A program made the translations under genes and the position numbers. Below are positions 38,389 through 50,806 of a DNA stretch of 64,000 nucleotides, in pieces. The notes under the pieces were generated by a model. It was not told the DNA's origin and did no database searches. It was given only the letters and a program-made list of their open reading frames with translations. Every line of letters begins with the position of its first letter. Position 1 is the first letter of the stretch. Source of the DNA: Mizuhopecten yessoensis (taxonomy: Eukaryota). The DNA is taken from assembly GCF_002113885.1 (NCBI RefSeq), contig NW_018406583.1:155355-219354 (forward strand). The letters are read 5' to 3'.

Positions 38389-39446
38389 GGGCTGGTTTAG
38401 ACACATTTTGACACATCAAATATGTACTGGGGCGGGCCTGGAATAGGGGACATACCTCTTTCTTACTTGGGTCTATAACATTTGGGCATTGCTATGTAGG
38501 TGACAAACCCATTTTTCAGGCAGGGTATATTTTGACCAGGGCTTGTTTAAGGAACAGACCCTATACATACAAGGGCAGGGTACATGTACGCAGGGCAGAC
38601 TGATGACTTACAGCGGGAGGGTACATAAGGACACAGCAGGTGTGGCAGACAGACCCATTACTTAAATGGGTGGGTTACACTAGGGTGAGTGTAGGGACAC
38701 ACACACTTCTTACTGGGGCAGACAACATTTTGGCACTTCAGCAAAAAACATATCGCTGAAATGAAATTTCTTTTTTCACAATGAGGAGCTGATCAGATGC
38801 TGATTGCTACATCTGATATTGTACCAAGGGTAAAGGGCAATAACTCCCATTGTTTGATCCAAAAAGATTTCAGATAATAGGTAGGAATGTAGAGGGATAC
38901 AGTGAATAGAGGGCTGTCAGTATAAATTTATTGTGGTGGGGATACACAAGGCTGTTGTGTTACTGTGTAGTATGTATCTCCAGACATTATACAGACCACC
39001 TGTGTGTATAAACATCTCATTTATTGCATATGTAAAATGTCTAACAGGTTAGTGTAACCCCTCTACCACCCAGCTTCTGGCCTCATTCTCTTCTACAACA
39101 CCAAATAACAAAATGTAACCCCCAACCACAAGGCTTCTCTCCCATTCCTCCCCTAAACACTTCCTTACAGTATAGGGAACCCTTTCATCAAATTATTACA
39201 CAAATAACTACTGTCGATATTTAAATAAACACCTGGTTTTGATTAAACTGATGAAACCTCTTTGTGTGTAATATGACTAGGAATTATGTACAAACCATGT
39301 GTTGTAGTAAAGTCTGCTGTGGTAAAGGCTTATGATTATGTAATAGTCATATAGTTGATTGATAAATGGTGACCATTAAATTTGTGATGGTGGAAACCAA
39401 AATTCTTTTCAGTGTGGTATGTTCTCCTTAACAAATATTTCAACTT

Positions 39447-40630
39447 TTGAGTTGTCGTTGTACCCTAAGCCACCTGTCGTGCTCTCATGGTACCTTTAGT
39501 CTCCTGTTTAGCTCTTCTGGTTCCTAAGTCTCCTGTTGAGTTGTCCTTGTACCCTAAGCTACCTGTCAAGCACTTGTGGTACCTAAAGTCTCCTGCTGAG
39601 CTTTCATGGTACCTTAAGCCACCTGTCGAGCTCTTGTGATACCTTAAGTCTCCTGTCTAGCACTTGCGGTACCTGAAGTCTCCTGCTGAGCTCTCATGGT
39701 AACTTTAGTCTCCTGTCTAGCACTTGTGGTACCTGAAGTCTCCTGCTGAGCTTTTGTGGTACCTTAAGTCTCCTGTCGAGCACTTGTGGTACCTTAAGTC
39801 TCCTGCTGAGCTGTCATGGTACCTTAAGCCACCTGTCGAGCACTTGCGATACCTTAAGTCTCATCCTGAGCTTTCATGGTACCTTAAGCCACCAGTCTAG
39901 CACTTGTGGTACCTGAAGTCTCCTGCCCAGCTTTCATGGTACCTTAAGCCACCTGTCAAGCTATTGTGGTACCTTAAGTCTCCTGTTGAGTTGTCCTTGT
40001 ACCCTAAGCCACCTGTCGAGCACTTGTGGTACCTTAAGTCTCCCGCTGAGCTTTCATGGTACCTTATGCCACCTGTCGAGATCTTGTGGTACTTGAAGTC
40101 TCCTGCTGAGCTCTCATGGTAACTTAAGTCTCCTGTCAAGCTCTTATGGTACCTTAAGTCTCCTGCTGAGCTTTCATGGTACCTTAAGCCACCTGTCGAG
40201 CTCTTGTGGTACCTGAAATCTCCGGCTGAGCTTTCATGGTACCTTAAGCCACCTGTCGAGCACTTGTGGTACCTGAAGTCTCCCGCTGAGCTTTCATGGT
40301 ACCTTAATTAAGCCACCTGTTGAGCTCTTGTGGTACCTGAAGTCTCCTGCTGAGCTTTCATGGTACCTTCATTAAGCCACCTGTCGAGCTCTTGTGGTAC
40401 CTGAGGTCTCCGGCTGAGCTTTCATGGTACCTTAATTAAGCCACCTGTCGAGCACTTGGGGTACCTGAAGTCTCCTGCTGAGCTTTCATGGTACCTTAAT
40501 TAAGCCACCTGTCGAGCTCTTGTGATACCTGAAGTGTCCTGCTGAGCTTTGATGGTACCTTAAGCCACCTGTCGAGCACTTGTGGTACCTGAAGTCTCCT
40601 GCCAAGCTCTTGTGGTACCTTTAGCCTCCT
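39447..40630. repeat. 30-bp satellite with an alternating 60-bp dimer (GGTACCTTAAGCCACCTGTCGAGCACTTGT / GGTACCTGAAGTCTCCTGCTGAGCTTTCAT)
   Basis: Period 30, A/B alternation, KpnI site per monomer. Confidence 0.95.
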
Positions 40631-42721
40631 ATGGAGATATACCAAATACGTAATGGCAGTACTGTTTAGGGGCAGACGAATTATTGGGGCTGCATACACT
40701 GGCACAGTTAGTGTAGGGGACAGACTTATTTCTTACAGGGCTGGGTACATTATAAGGCTATTGTTAGGAACAGACCCATTACTGGTGCAGGGGACCACCC
40801 CATTATTTACAGGGAGTTGTGTAATTGTATTAGAAAGTAGAGACAGGGAATTGTGTAACAATGTACCAGAACACAATTATATTTGAGAGAGACATTGACC
40901 TATTGTAAAGTATGACAACAATCTGATGTGATAGCGGGGAGATTTTATAAACTCTGATTGTTCTGCAATGTATGGGGTGATTGTTTTTTCCTTAAAGGCA
41001 ATAAAGATAGTTTTACAGGGTAGTAACCTCCATACACAATTCCTCTGATGAATAGCCCTTACACTGACCGATAAAACCAATGTTTATAATATGTTTAGGA
41101 CTATTCCCTTCTTTATGGAAACAGCGATGAGTATTTTAGTAGACAGATGATAACGGCTGGCTTCCGTAGTGATGGATAGAGTATATGTTCTTTTGTGACA
41201 GCAGCTCCCACTGGGCTCCACCCCTCAAGGGGAGATCACCCCCACTGGTGGCCATGTCTAATGTTTCCAACCATATCATTTTATGACAAATTTCTTCCCA
41301 GGTTTGATCGTAAAATGAAATAGATAGACATATTTCTATAAATGATTTCCTGGACCTGTCATCAGCCATTCAAAATCGCTGGGATATGTAACATAAATCA
41401 GGGTCATGTCGTTGATCTAGATCATTAAAATGTTTATATGTCATTGGTCTGCAGGTAATGACTGGTTCCATGTAACCAAGTATACATACGATACAGAGTA
41501 AACACAGCCATTCCTGCCTTTAACCCACTGGGTCTGGCAGTGGACTGCGATTTCTCTCCAGATAAAAATGTCAAAAAGGGCACGAAACTACACAATCTGC
41601 TGTTTCATCTATGTATCCAGCATAAAGACACTGTATCGTGAAACAGGAATGTCAGTCCCCGACTGTTCAGTGTATAAGATACACGAAAATCACATTCTTC
41701 AGTTTTGTTTTCCTGTAGAGTTTGCATGCCAGTACAGTAAAAACACCTTTTTAATATATACAGCTCAGTCAAACTAAATATCGGTCTTGTATGGACCACA
41801 AAACATCTCACTACCTGTTTTACTTGTATTGGCGATTTACCTCAGTTTTTACATAAAAATTCTGTTTGGTAACGCAGAACTTCGGTCACTCCCCATATAC
41901 AAATTTGATGATATTCAACATTTTTGTTATTTCTAAATGGAAATGAAGATCATATGAATTAGACTTGATTTGAATGATCAATATGTGATTTGTATTCAAA
42001 TTTGAAAAAAAAAAAGTTTCATTTGAACAATTGAATTAAATTGTCTCACTTTGCTAAAATATATTGAACTTCTTGACCTGAGTCAATGAATAATTTATAT
42101 GAACTGGAAAGTCAGTGATACAGTAAACCTTCCTTGTTATGTGCCTAATCACGACAGGTGACTAATTGATAACTAGTAGTTAATAGACGAAGGTTACCAA
42201 CATTCCATATCTATAATTGACACGTTGTCAAGGTCAGGGCGTTTGTCAGTAACATTGACAGCCTGTAAAGGTCAATGATTAGTAAAAATAACTTACGCAG
42301 ATAGAGAAGATAAGTATTATGTGACCCGACTTTGAATTGGTATTGACACAACAGTATTCCTGTGGACTGACACGTTACACGTCCCAAAGTCAGTTATTAT
42401 CTATATCTAATTTAAAACACACAAAAAAACACAGTATGTATTGACAATAACAGTTATAGGCAGTTCTTATTAACACCGTGCTTTACAGAAAATGTTAGAC
42501 CTTTAGAAACTGGCAGGGTTAAGATGAATGACGATAACTGTACAAGAAATAGATTGTAAATGTGATCAAGAGATGGCCCTGCGCTGGTAACAAACAAGGT
42601 CATCGAGACCCTGTATACATTGTCTGTGGAGGAACATGTGTTTTGGATGGAATTTGTTCCAGCAGTGATAAGAGTGACATTAACAGGTAGTTCCTATGTA
42701 ACCCCTGGTCCTTAAAGTCAA

Positions 42722-44693
42722 AAGACATTCTGTTTAGAGGCCCTAGGTATGGAAAGTCGAGAGATATTCCGTTAAGAGACCCTAGATATGGAAAGTCGAG
42801 AGATATTCCATTAAGAGGCCCTAGGTATGGAAAGTCGAGAGATATTCCGTTTAGAGGCCCTAGGTATGGAAAGTCGAGAGATATTCCGTTTAGAGGCCCT
42901 AGGTATGGACAGGAAAGTCGAGATATATTGCGTTTAGAGGCCCTAGGTATGGACAGTAAAGTCCAGAGATATTCCGTTTAGTGGCCCTAGGTGTGGACAG
43001 TAAAGTCCAGAGATATTCCGTTTACCCTAGGTATGGACAGGAAAGTCGAGATATATTGCGTTTAGAGGCCGTAGGTATGGACAGTAAAGTCCAGAGATAT
43101 TCTGTTTAGGGGCCCTAGGTGTGGGCAGTACAGTCCAGAGATATGCCGTTTAGAGGCCCTAGGTGTGGACAGTAAAATCCAGAGATATTCCGTTTAGAGG
43201 CCCTAGGTGTGGGCAGTAAAGTCCAGAGATATTCCGTTTAGTGGCCCTAGGTGTGGACAGTAAAGTCCAGAGATATTCTGTTTAGAGGCTCTAGGTGTGG
43301 GCAGTAAAGTCCAGAGATATTCCTTTTAGAGGCCCTAGGTATGGACAGTAAAGTCCAGAGATATTCCGTTTACCCTAGGTATGGACAGGAAAGTCGAGAT
43401 ATATTGCGTTTAGAGGCCGTAGGTATGGACAGTAAAGTCCAGAGATATTCTGTTTAGGGGCCCTAGGTGTGGGCAGTAAAGTCCAGAGATATTCCGTTTA
43501 GGGGCCCTAGGTATGGACAGTAAAGTCCAGGGATATTCCGTTTAGAGGCCCTAGGTGTGGACAGGAAAGTCCAGAGATATTCCGTTTAGAGGCCCTTGGT
43601 GTGGACAGTAAAGTCCAGAGATATTCTGTTTAGGGGCCCTAGGTGTGGGCAGTACAGTCCAGAGATATGCCGTTTAGAGGCCCTAGGTGTGGACAGTAAA
43701 GGCCAGAGATATTCCGTTTAGAGGCCCTAGGTATGGACAGTAAAGTCCAGAGATATTCCGTTTAGTGGCCCTAGGTGTGGACAGTAAAGTCCAGAGATAT
43801 TCCGTTTAGTGGCCCTAGGTGTGGACAGTAAAGTCCAGAGATATTCTGTTTAGGGGCCCTAGGTGTGGGCAGTACAGTCCAGAGATATGCCGTTTAGAGG
43901 CCCTAGGTGTGGACAGTAAAATCCAGAGATATTCCGTTTAGAGGCCCTGGGTGTGGACAGTAAAGTCCAGAGATATTCTGTTTAGGGGCCCTAGGTGTGG
44001 GCAGTAAAGTCCAGGGATATTCCGTTTAGGGGCCCTAGGTATGGACAGTAAAGTCCAGAGATATTCCGTTTACCCTAGGTATGGACAGGAAAGTCGAGAT
44101 ATATTGCGTTTAGAGGCCGTAGGTATGGACAGTAAAGTCCAGAGATATTCCGTTTACCCTAGGTATGGACAGGAAAGTCGAGATATATTGCGTTTAGAGG
44201 CCCTAGGTATGGACAGGAAAGTCCAGAGATATTCCGTTTAGAGGCCCTCGGTATGGACAGTAAAGTCCAGAGATATTCCGTTTAGAGGTCCTAGGTGTGG
44301 ACAGTAAAATCCAGAGATATTCCGTTTAGAGGCCCTAGGTATGGAAAGCCGAGAGATATTCCGTTTAGAGGCCCTAGGTGTTGACAGTAAAGTCCAGAGA
44401 TATTCCGTTTACCCTAGGTATGGACAGGAAAGTCGAGATATATTGCGTTTAGAGGCCCTAGGTATGGACAGTAAAGTCCAGAGATATTCTGTTTAGGGGC
44501 CCTAGGTGTGGGCAGTACAGTCCAGAGATATGCCGTTTAGAGGCCCTAGGTGTGGACAGTAAAGGCCAGAGATATTCCGTTTAGAGGCCCTAGGTATGGG
44601 CAGTAAAGTCCAGGGATATTCTGTTTAGAGGCCCTAGGTGTGGGCAGTAAAGTCCAGAGATATTCCGTTTAGAGGCCCTAGGTGTGGGCAGTA
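42722..44693. repeat. 44-bp satellite (GGACAGTAAAGTCCAGAGATATTCCGTTTAGAGGCCCTAGGTGT) with 37-, 39- and 43-bp variants
   Basis: About 45 monomers; linked variants recur. Confidence 0.96.
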
Positions 44694-45104
44694 TAGGCGT
44701 AGTACAAGGATTACTCAGCTCAGCGAAATGTCAGCAGGATGTCCTGTTCCTCTGTGTCAACAAAAGTTGATATTTCTGTGTTCTCATTTTATTTGCTATC
44801 AATTAGACTTGCCCCCATCTTTAGAATATTGAATTATTTAAAAGAAATAATAAACTCTAATAATTTTGATTACTTGGATGTGTGATTCTCTAACTAAGGG
44901 AGATAAGCTAGTAGTATAATGCAGCTAGGAAATTCTTCATAAAAACTGTCAAGCTATCAATTGATTTTATTATTCAGAGACATTAAGACGGTGACCATTT
45001 TTCACCAATATTTCTGAAAAGAAAAACATGGCGGATGGGATTATTGAAAGCTTTGTCCGTCATGTTTGTTGATCATTTTGTCCTGACATTAACAGATATG
45101 ATTT

Positions 45105-45242
45105 AATTTGCTAAGTTAACACGACCAGTTATGGACTTTATTAAAATTTGCTAACACGACCAGTTATGGACTTTATTAAAATTTGCTAACACAACCAGAT
45201 TTTGACTTTATTAAAATTTGCTAACATGACCAGATTTTGACT
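45105..45242. repeat. 35-bp tandem repeat x4
   Basis: atttgctaacac.accag.t.tg(g)actttattaaa at 45146, 45181 and 45216. Confidence 0.85.
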
Positions 45243-46520
45243 GGTACAAACTTTCAAACACAACCAGAAATCTAACTCAAAGAAATTTGCTAACTTCAGT
45301 TAGGTTATTGCAATAAAATATGCACTTTGTTTCCTACCTATATACATTCTAATTGCTCTTGCCTTGCTTGACAATTTATTCGTAAACCAGTTTGAGGAAC
45401 TATATGGTGAGCACATTCGTAACAATGCTTTTTGTTTTATTTGCAGGTAAGTGATGTTGGTGTTATATTGAGGTGAGAGGTGTACATGAGTAGGTGTTCT
45501 TGGTGACCCTAACTGTCACGTTCGTTACAGGTAAGTGAGTGACAGGTGTTACAGGTAAGTGAGTGACAGGTGTGTGTCCCCGTGCACAGTTCTGATGGGA
45601 AACAACTGTCTGGATATTCCTGGGTGTGTTCATGTCAACATGACAGCTTTATGTGAACCTTTTTATTTCAGATTACGTAAACTTTAAAGGATTAAAACTT
45701 GGGTCATGTTATAAGCATTATGTTGAAACTGAGATTGCCTGTAATGTCATGAAGACTGATGCATATACGAGTTGCCATGACGAAATATATTGTAAGCATA
45801 TGCGTATATTTCAACGTTTTGGAATGGATCCAAGGCTTAAAACCTAGTATATACCCAATGTGCCTTTTCTGTATTTAGGGCATATTTATTACCCACCTAA
45901 ACAGATAAAAAGGTATTGTCAATAATGAACTATGGGTATTTTGTTTAGATGGATCAGCCTCTGAGACAGCTAGTCTGACTACTGCACCAGGGGTTTGTCT
46001 GATATAGAGTTACCGTGCAGCCATTACCAACTTTCACTTCCTGTGTTGTTTTACAGATTAATTTGGCCAAATTTGCTCCGGTATTATATTGGTTCCCCTG
46101 ATAGGTATGGCCTGCTTGTAACGGTATGCAAAGCTGCAGCATGTCATCTTTACAGGCAGATCAAAGAGCGCAGGCTAGTGCATTGATGTGCACAGGGAAT
46201 CCGCCCCCCTATGGGAGCTATTTATCCAATGCTTTTGATCGAGGTCAGAGGTCACTTTCGTCCTCAATATGGAGGATACATTTGGTACAGTGTTAATCTA
46301 AGTTGTAGGTGTTGTGATCGGATCCAGTCTGCACATGGTAAAATAATTAAGCATGAAAGGAGGAGAGTTTCATAATTTTCACACTGCCTTTAATTTTCAT
46401 AATTTGGTGTCACCGTTTTTTGGAATTCCTATTCCAGTGTTGGATGATTGGTATTGCCCCTGTTGGTGCTATCAGAGGATACATTAGGTTTGATTTCTGT
46501 CTAGAAGTCAGTGTGTCACT

Positions 46521-46905
46521 TAGTCCTGGGCTGATCATGATCGATTATAATCGAAAATTGATCAGTTTGCCCTTTCTGATTCCAATTCTATTATTGATAT
46601 AATCAGTTCTTTATCAAAATCAAAGTGTTAAATGTTTTCAATGTAGAAATTCATTGAGAGTCGTATATATCTTATGATTACTGTATGATTGATAAAACTG
46701 CACAAAAATTGCTTGAAATCCATTCCTTGTAAAAGAACGAAACCTAGTGTATAATTAACAGCTCTATTGATGTAATAATAGTGTTCTCATTTTGTTTGGT
46801 TATTTAGTTCCGTAAAATTATGAATCGATTATGCAATAGATCTTTGATCAGTTCACTACTTTCGATTACAAACCGATTATTGATTATGATTTAAACCAAT
46901 TGCCC
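46521..46905. mobile_element. hAT-like MITE with ATCGATTA subterminal motifs, inserted in an older repeat
   Basis: GTCACTT flanks both sides; atcgattataatcg near the left end and cgattac/cgattat motifs near the right end. The host continues to ~47117 (gagttattgcccttt ... ggcggtgggggg ... cttgtt). Confidence 0.5.
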
Positions 46906-47698
46906 GTCACTTTGTCCTGATAATTTCTCTAAAACTCTTGCCTCTGACAATGGCCAAATTATGTTTATGAATTCCTTACAGGATGTCATAGTGTTGCATA
47001 CCAAAAACAGGTCTTTTGCCCCGCTTTATATAGAGTTATTGCCCTTTGTTCATTTTTGATTGCTGACTTTGTCAGGCGGTGGGGGGCTGTGGATTGCTTG
47101 CAACACTTGGCCTTGTTCAGGTTATTGCCAACACACACCTTGATTGACCATACATATCTGACATTCCTGGGGATGAATGTTTTCTGATCTCTTGTGTGAC
47201 TGTCTTTAAAGACAGCTGACAGCCTTTCATTAGAGGGTCAATTATCTTACTTGCTGATGACAAGGCTATGCTTAGTATTAAGCCAAGTGCGTTGTTAGAT
47301 TCCTTCTACAAACACTTTTGTTGGCATTTCTTCCTAAGAGAAATATATTTTGGTGGGCTTATTATCAAGCATGGGCCTGTTGCCGGATTAATACGGTAAT
47401 ATGAAATGGTCAAATCCATGTATCTGGTTAAGAAAAAAATGTTTTGTGTATATCTGGTTTATCCATAAGTGCTGGATGAATTATACTTTCATTAATGATG
47501 CCGTAAGACAGCTCTACTGATTACATGGTATGATGTTACGGATGCTGAATTTGACCTAAATGTTTTGCTTCATTGCACTCTGTACCATTTACATGTACAT
47601 TGGAACTGTGTATCTCATTACGACTTGTCTATTGAGTGATGGACATTGATGATAGTCTTCTTGTACTTTTGAGGGTGTGCAGGCACCATATGACTTAA

Positions 47699-47934
47699 GG
47701 GTCCCCGTACCAGTACAAAAAAAAGTATAACTAAGTATCAGATGAAGATGAAACGAACAAATCACAGTGTTTCGAACCCTGGACTTCAGATTGTTAAACT
47801 GTCGCTCCTACCGATTGAGTTATCTGGTCTACGAAATTAACCTGGCTGTACTGTGCTACAGTTTTATCCAAACGGAAGTTAAGGGGAGGTCACTGTATAT
47901 GGGAAAATAATACAGCGCAGTGGTACAGGGATCC
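47699..47934 (-). mobile_element. Kolobok-like non-autonomous element with a tRNA-like cassette (same family as 28662)
   Basis: TTAA TSD at 47695-98 and 47935-38; TIR GGGTCCCCGTACCA / GGATCCCTGTACCA; minus-strand A box TAACTCAATCGG and B box GGTTCGAAAC. Confidence 0.78.
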
Positions 47935-48109
47935 TTAAATAAAACACAGACGAGCTGAAAAGTGTCCACAATGTTTAATATTACATATCACGAGGACATA
48001 TCACATGATGATGCTATTACTTCATACTACAATTACAGCATCTGTGTCCCTACACATCTGTGTCCCTACACAAGTTATAGCACAACACATACTCACAAGA
48101 TTTGTTCCC

Positions 48110-48200
48110 TTAGCTCATTCACCCGTGAAATTTCATAATGAACTATTCCAACCTTTGAATTGGAAGAGTTCGTATGTGTTTTCAGGGGTGAATGAGTTAA
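48110..48200 (+). mobile_element. 91-bp hairpin MITE, subfamily A
   Basis: TTAG...TTAA, 91 bp. Confidence 0.88.
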
Positions 48201-49129
48201 AAGAGTTTTTGTGACCAGCTGTAAGTTGAGGTTTTACCGTGATATTCCCCTCCAAAGTTTACTCATGCATAATCAATCATCTCAGCTGTGGTATAATTTA
48301 GTTATTGGAGAACATGTTGAAGAAAGATTGAGAGAAAGGTAGGTTTTTTTTCTCTCCTGGCCGTCCTCACTTCCACTGGTTGAGTGCCAGATCTCTGTTT
48401 AATATGGGTGTACCCCAATAACTCAATCTAAAGCATTTAGCTTCAATCTGGGACTTATTTTCTCAGATATCCAAATTGACAAAAGTTCCAAATTGAATAA
48501 AATGCATTAAAAATCCATTTTTAGTGAGCAATGGTGGCTGAGCTGTGCCAATCTCCTGTATGTGTTCTACCGCGACATGCATCGAAATCAAAGCCGATTT
48601 GGTGCGCAAATCAAACAAAATGCTCACCTCCCGGAGACTGTAAGTGATATGAACTCCTGGGATTCATATACAACCAAGGCGATCACTCATTATCCCTTCC
48701 AAGGTTACATGCTAATCAAAATTGTTGTTTTCTTTAATGATATAGATTTTATAATGCAAAGTTTATGGTAGTCAACCCTTTTAATTATGAACTAATAATT
48801 GCTTACTTATATTTCAATCATGTTTTGTTATTAACTTTCACTAGGTTATCTTTGTTTTTATAAGGAGGGAGTTCCGAGGTAATTTCAGTGGTATATTTGG
48901 AAGTTTGAACTCCCGTATGGAGGACTTTATAGATTTATATACAATCAAGTTTTAATGCGAAATTATTGCCGCGGGAATTTAGCAGAGCAGGAAAGAAGAT
49001 GACTTTTAATCTGGAATTGGTTGTGCTACGTTTGGGTAATCTGTTGCCATGTCAACTGATTTATCTTAATAATTCTCAAGTTGTGTAACTTATAGAACTC
49101 AGGTTGATAGAAAGAAGCCTGCTGGTCTA

Positions 49130-49899
49130 TGATAACAGTTCACTGGTGATAGAAGGAAGGGCTCCACTGATAGGGAGGGTGTTCTGTGGAGTCATTGACA
49201 ACCACTGTCTAGTTATAGAGAGCACCAGTGAGGGGAGGGTGTTCCCTGGATAGAGGGCACCACTGATGGGGAGATTGTTGTGTAGAGTCAGTGGCCACCA
49301 CTGTCTAGTGATAGAGGACACCACTGATGGGGAGGTTGTTCTGTAGAGTCAGTAGCCACCACTGTCTAGTGATAGAGGGCGCCACTGATGGGAAGAATGT
49401 TCTGTAGAGTCAGTGGCCACCACTGTCTAGTGATAGAGGACGCCACTGATGGGGAGAATGTTCTGTGGAGTCAGTAACCACCACTGTCTAGTGATAGAGG
49501 GTGCCACTGATGGGGAGGTTGTTCTGTGGAGTCAGTGGCCACCACTGTTTAGTGATAGAGGGGGCCACTGATGGGGAGAATGTTCTGTGGAGTCAGTGTC
49601 CACCACTGTCTAGTGATAGAGGGCGCCACTGATGGGAAGAATGTTCTGTAGAGTCAGTGGCCACCACTGTCTAGTGATAGAGGGCGCCACTGATGGGGAG
49701 ATTGTTCTGTGGAGTCAGTGGCCACCACTGTTTAGTGATAGAGGGTGCCACTGATGGGGAGAATGTTCTGTGGAGTCAGTGGCCACCACTGTTTAGTGGT
49801 AGAGGGTGCCACTGATGGGGAGAATGTTCTGTGGAGTCAGTGGCCACCACTGTCTAGTGATAGAGGGCGCCACTGATGGAGATGGACTGTTCTGTGGAA
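49130..49899. repeat. 61-bp minisatellite x~12, downstream of the receptor stop codon
   Basis: ccactgatggggagaatgttctgtggagtcagtggccaccactgtctagtgatagagggcg; period 61. Confidence 0.95.
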
Positions 49900-50066
49900 T
49901 CATTGTACAGTTAATCAAATTTTGTAGAGATATTATACTGAAACTTTACCATTTGTAAATATATTTCTCGTCTGTTCAAAAATGGTTGTGAAATCTGTTT
50001 AAATATTTTGTGTTTACCCTTAAAATCTGTATTTCGAAATGAAATTTCTGATTAAGGAATGGATGA

Positions 50067-50494
50067 TTTATTATGCATGTTTCATTATAATTACAAATTC
50101 TTTGAAAAATCCAAAAACACCACAGTTTGGAAAGTGTGGAGAATATATTCTCCTTGAACTTAAGCTTTCTATGACACAGTTCAGAGTAATACGCTTTCTT
50201 AGACTCCTACTTTATAACATACAATTATTTGTGGTGTACATACATTCTTGGTTTAAGTGGTTCCCATTTGAACCACGAAAATAAATACAACTAATTTAAT
50301 TGATAAACTTGTCTACTGTTTGTTAATATAGGATATCCACTGAAATGTGTACCACAAGACAGTCTAAATAGCTTCTAACCAGGAATGAAAGTACCCACGA
50401 ACATTTCATGTTATATAGTACCTGATGTGAGAAATGGAAGGAAAGTGACTACAGTCATTACTTCAACGAAGCGAACTACATTTACTGCTTTATT
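50067..50494 (-). promoter_or_regulatory. Candidate polyadenylation signals (AATAAA) of the upstream 5-HT2 gene
   Basis: tttatt on the + strand at 50489-50494 and 50067-50072, about 310 and 735 nt downstream of the stop codon. AT-rich background, so the evidence is weak. Confidence 0.3.
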
Positions 50495-50806
50495 TGTGAG
50501 CTGTAGACATAGACATAAAGTTGAGAGAAAAGTGGAGGAGGAAACCTGTATTCTAACTCTTTATGAAAACATACAGACTTTTGAAGTCAGTTTCTATAAG
50601 TGCACAAAGTGTTGTTCAACCTGCTTCATTGCATAACTTATCATGTTCACAGCGAAGTGAAAGTTTACGTATACCTTTGTAATTCCACCAGGCTCATCTT
50701 CAGTCATTGAAGTCTTTTTATAATGCAATTGATGAAATCTCAAAATATACGGACCATTTGAATATCCATGGTAATGTTTATAAACATCATATGATTTATG
50801 ACATCA

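Noticed and set aside
9614-44693. CRISPR-like regularly spaced 30-44-bp repeats
   Set aside because: Monomers are contiguous with no unique spacers, there are no cas genes, and the context is eukaryotic.
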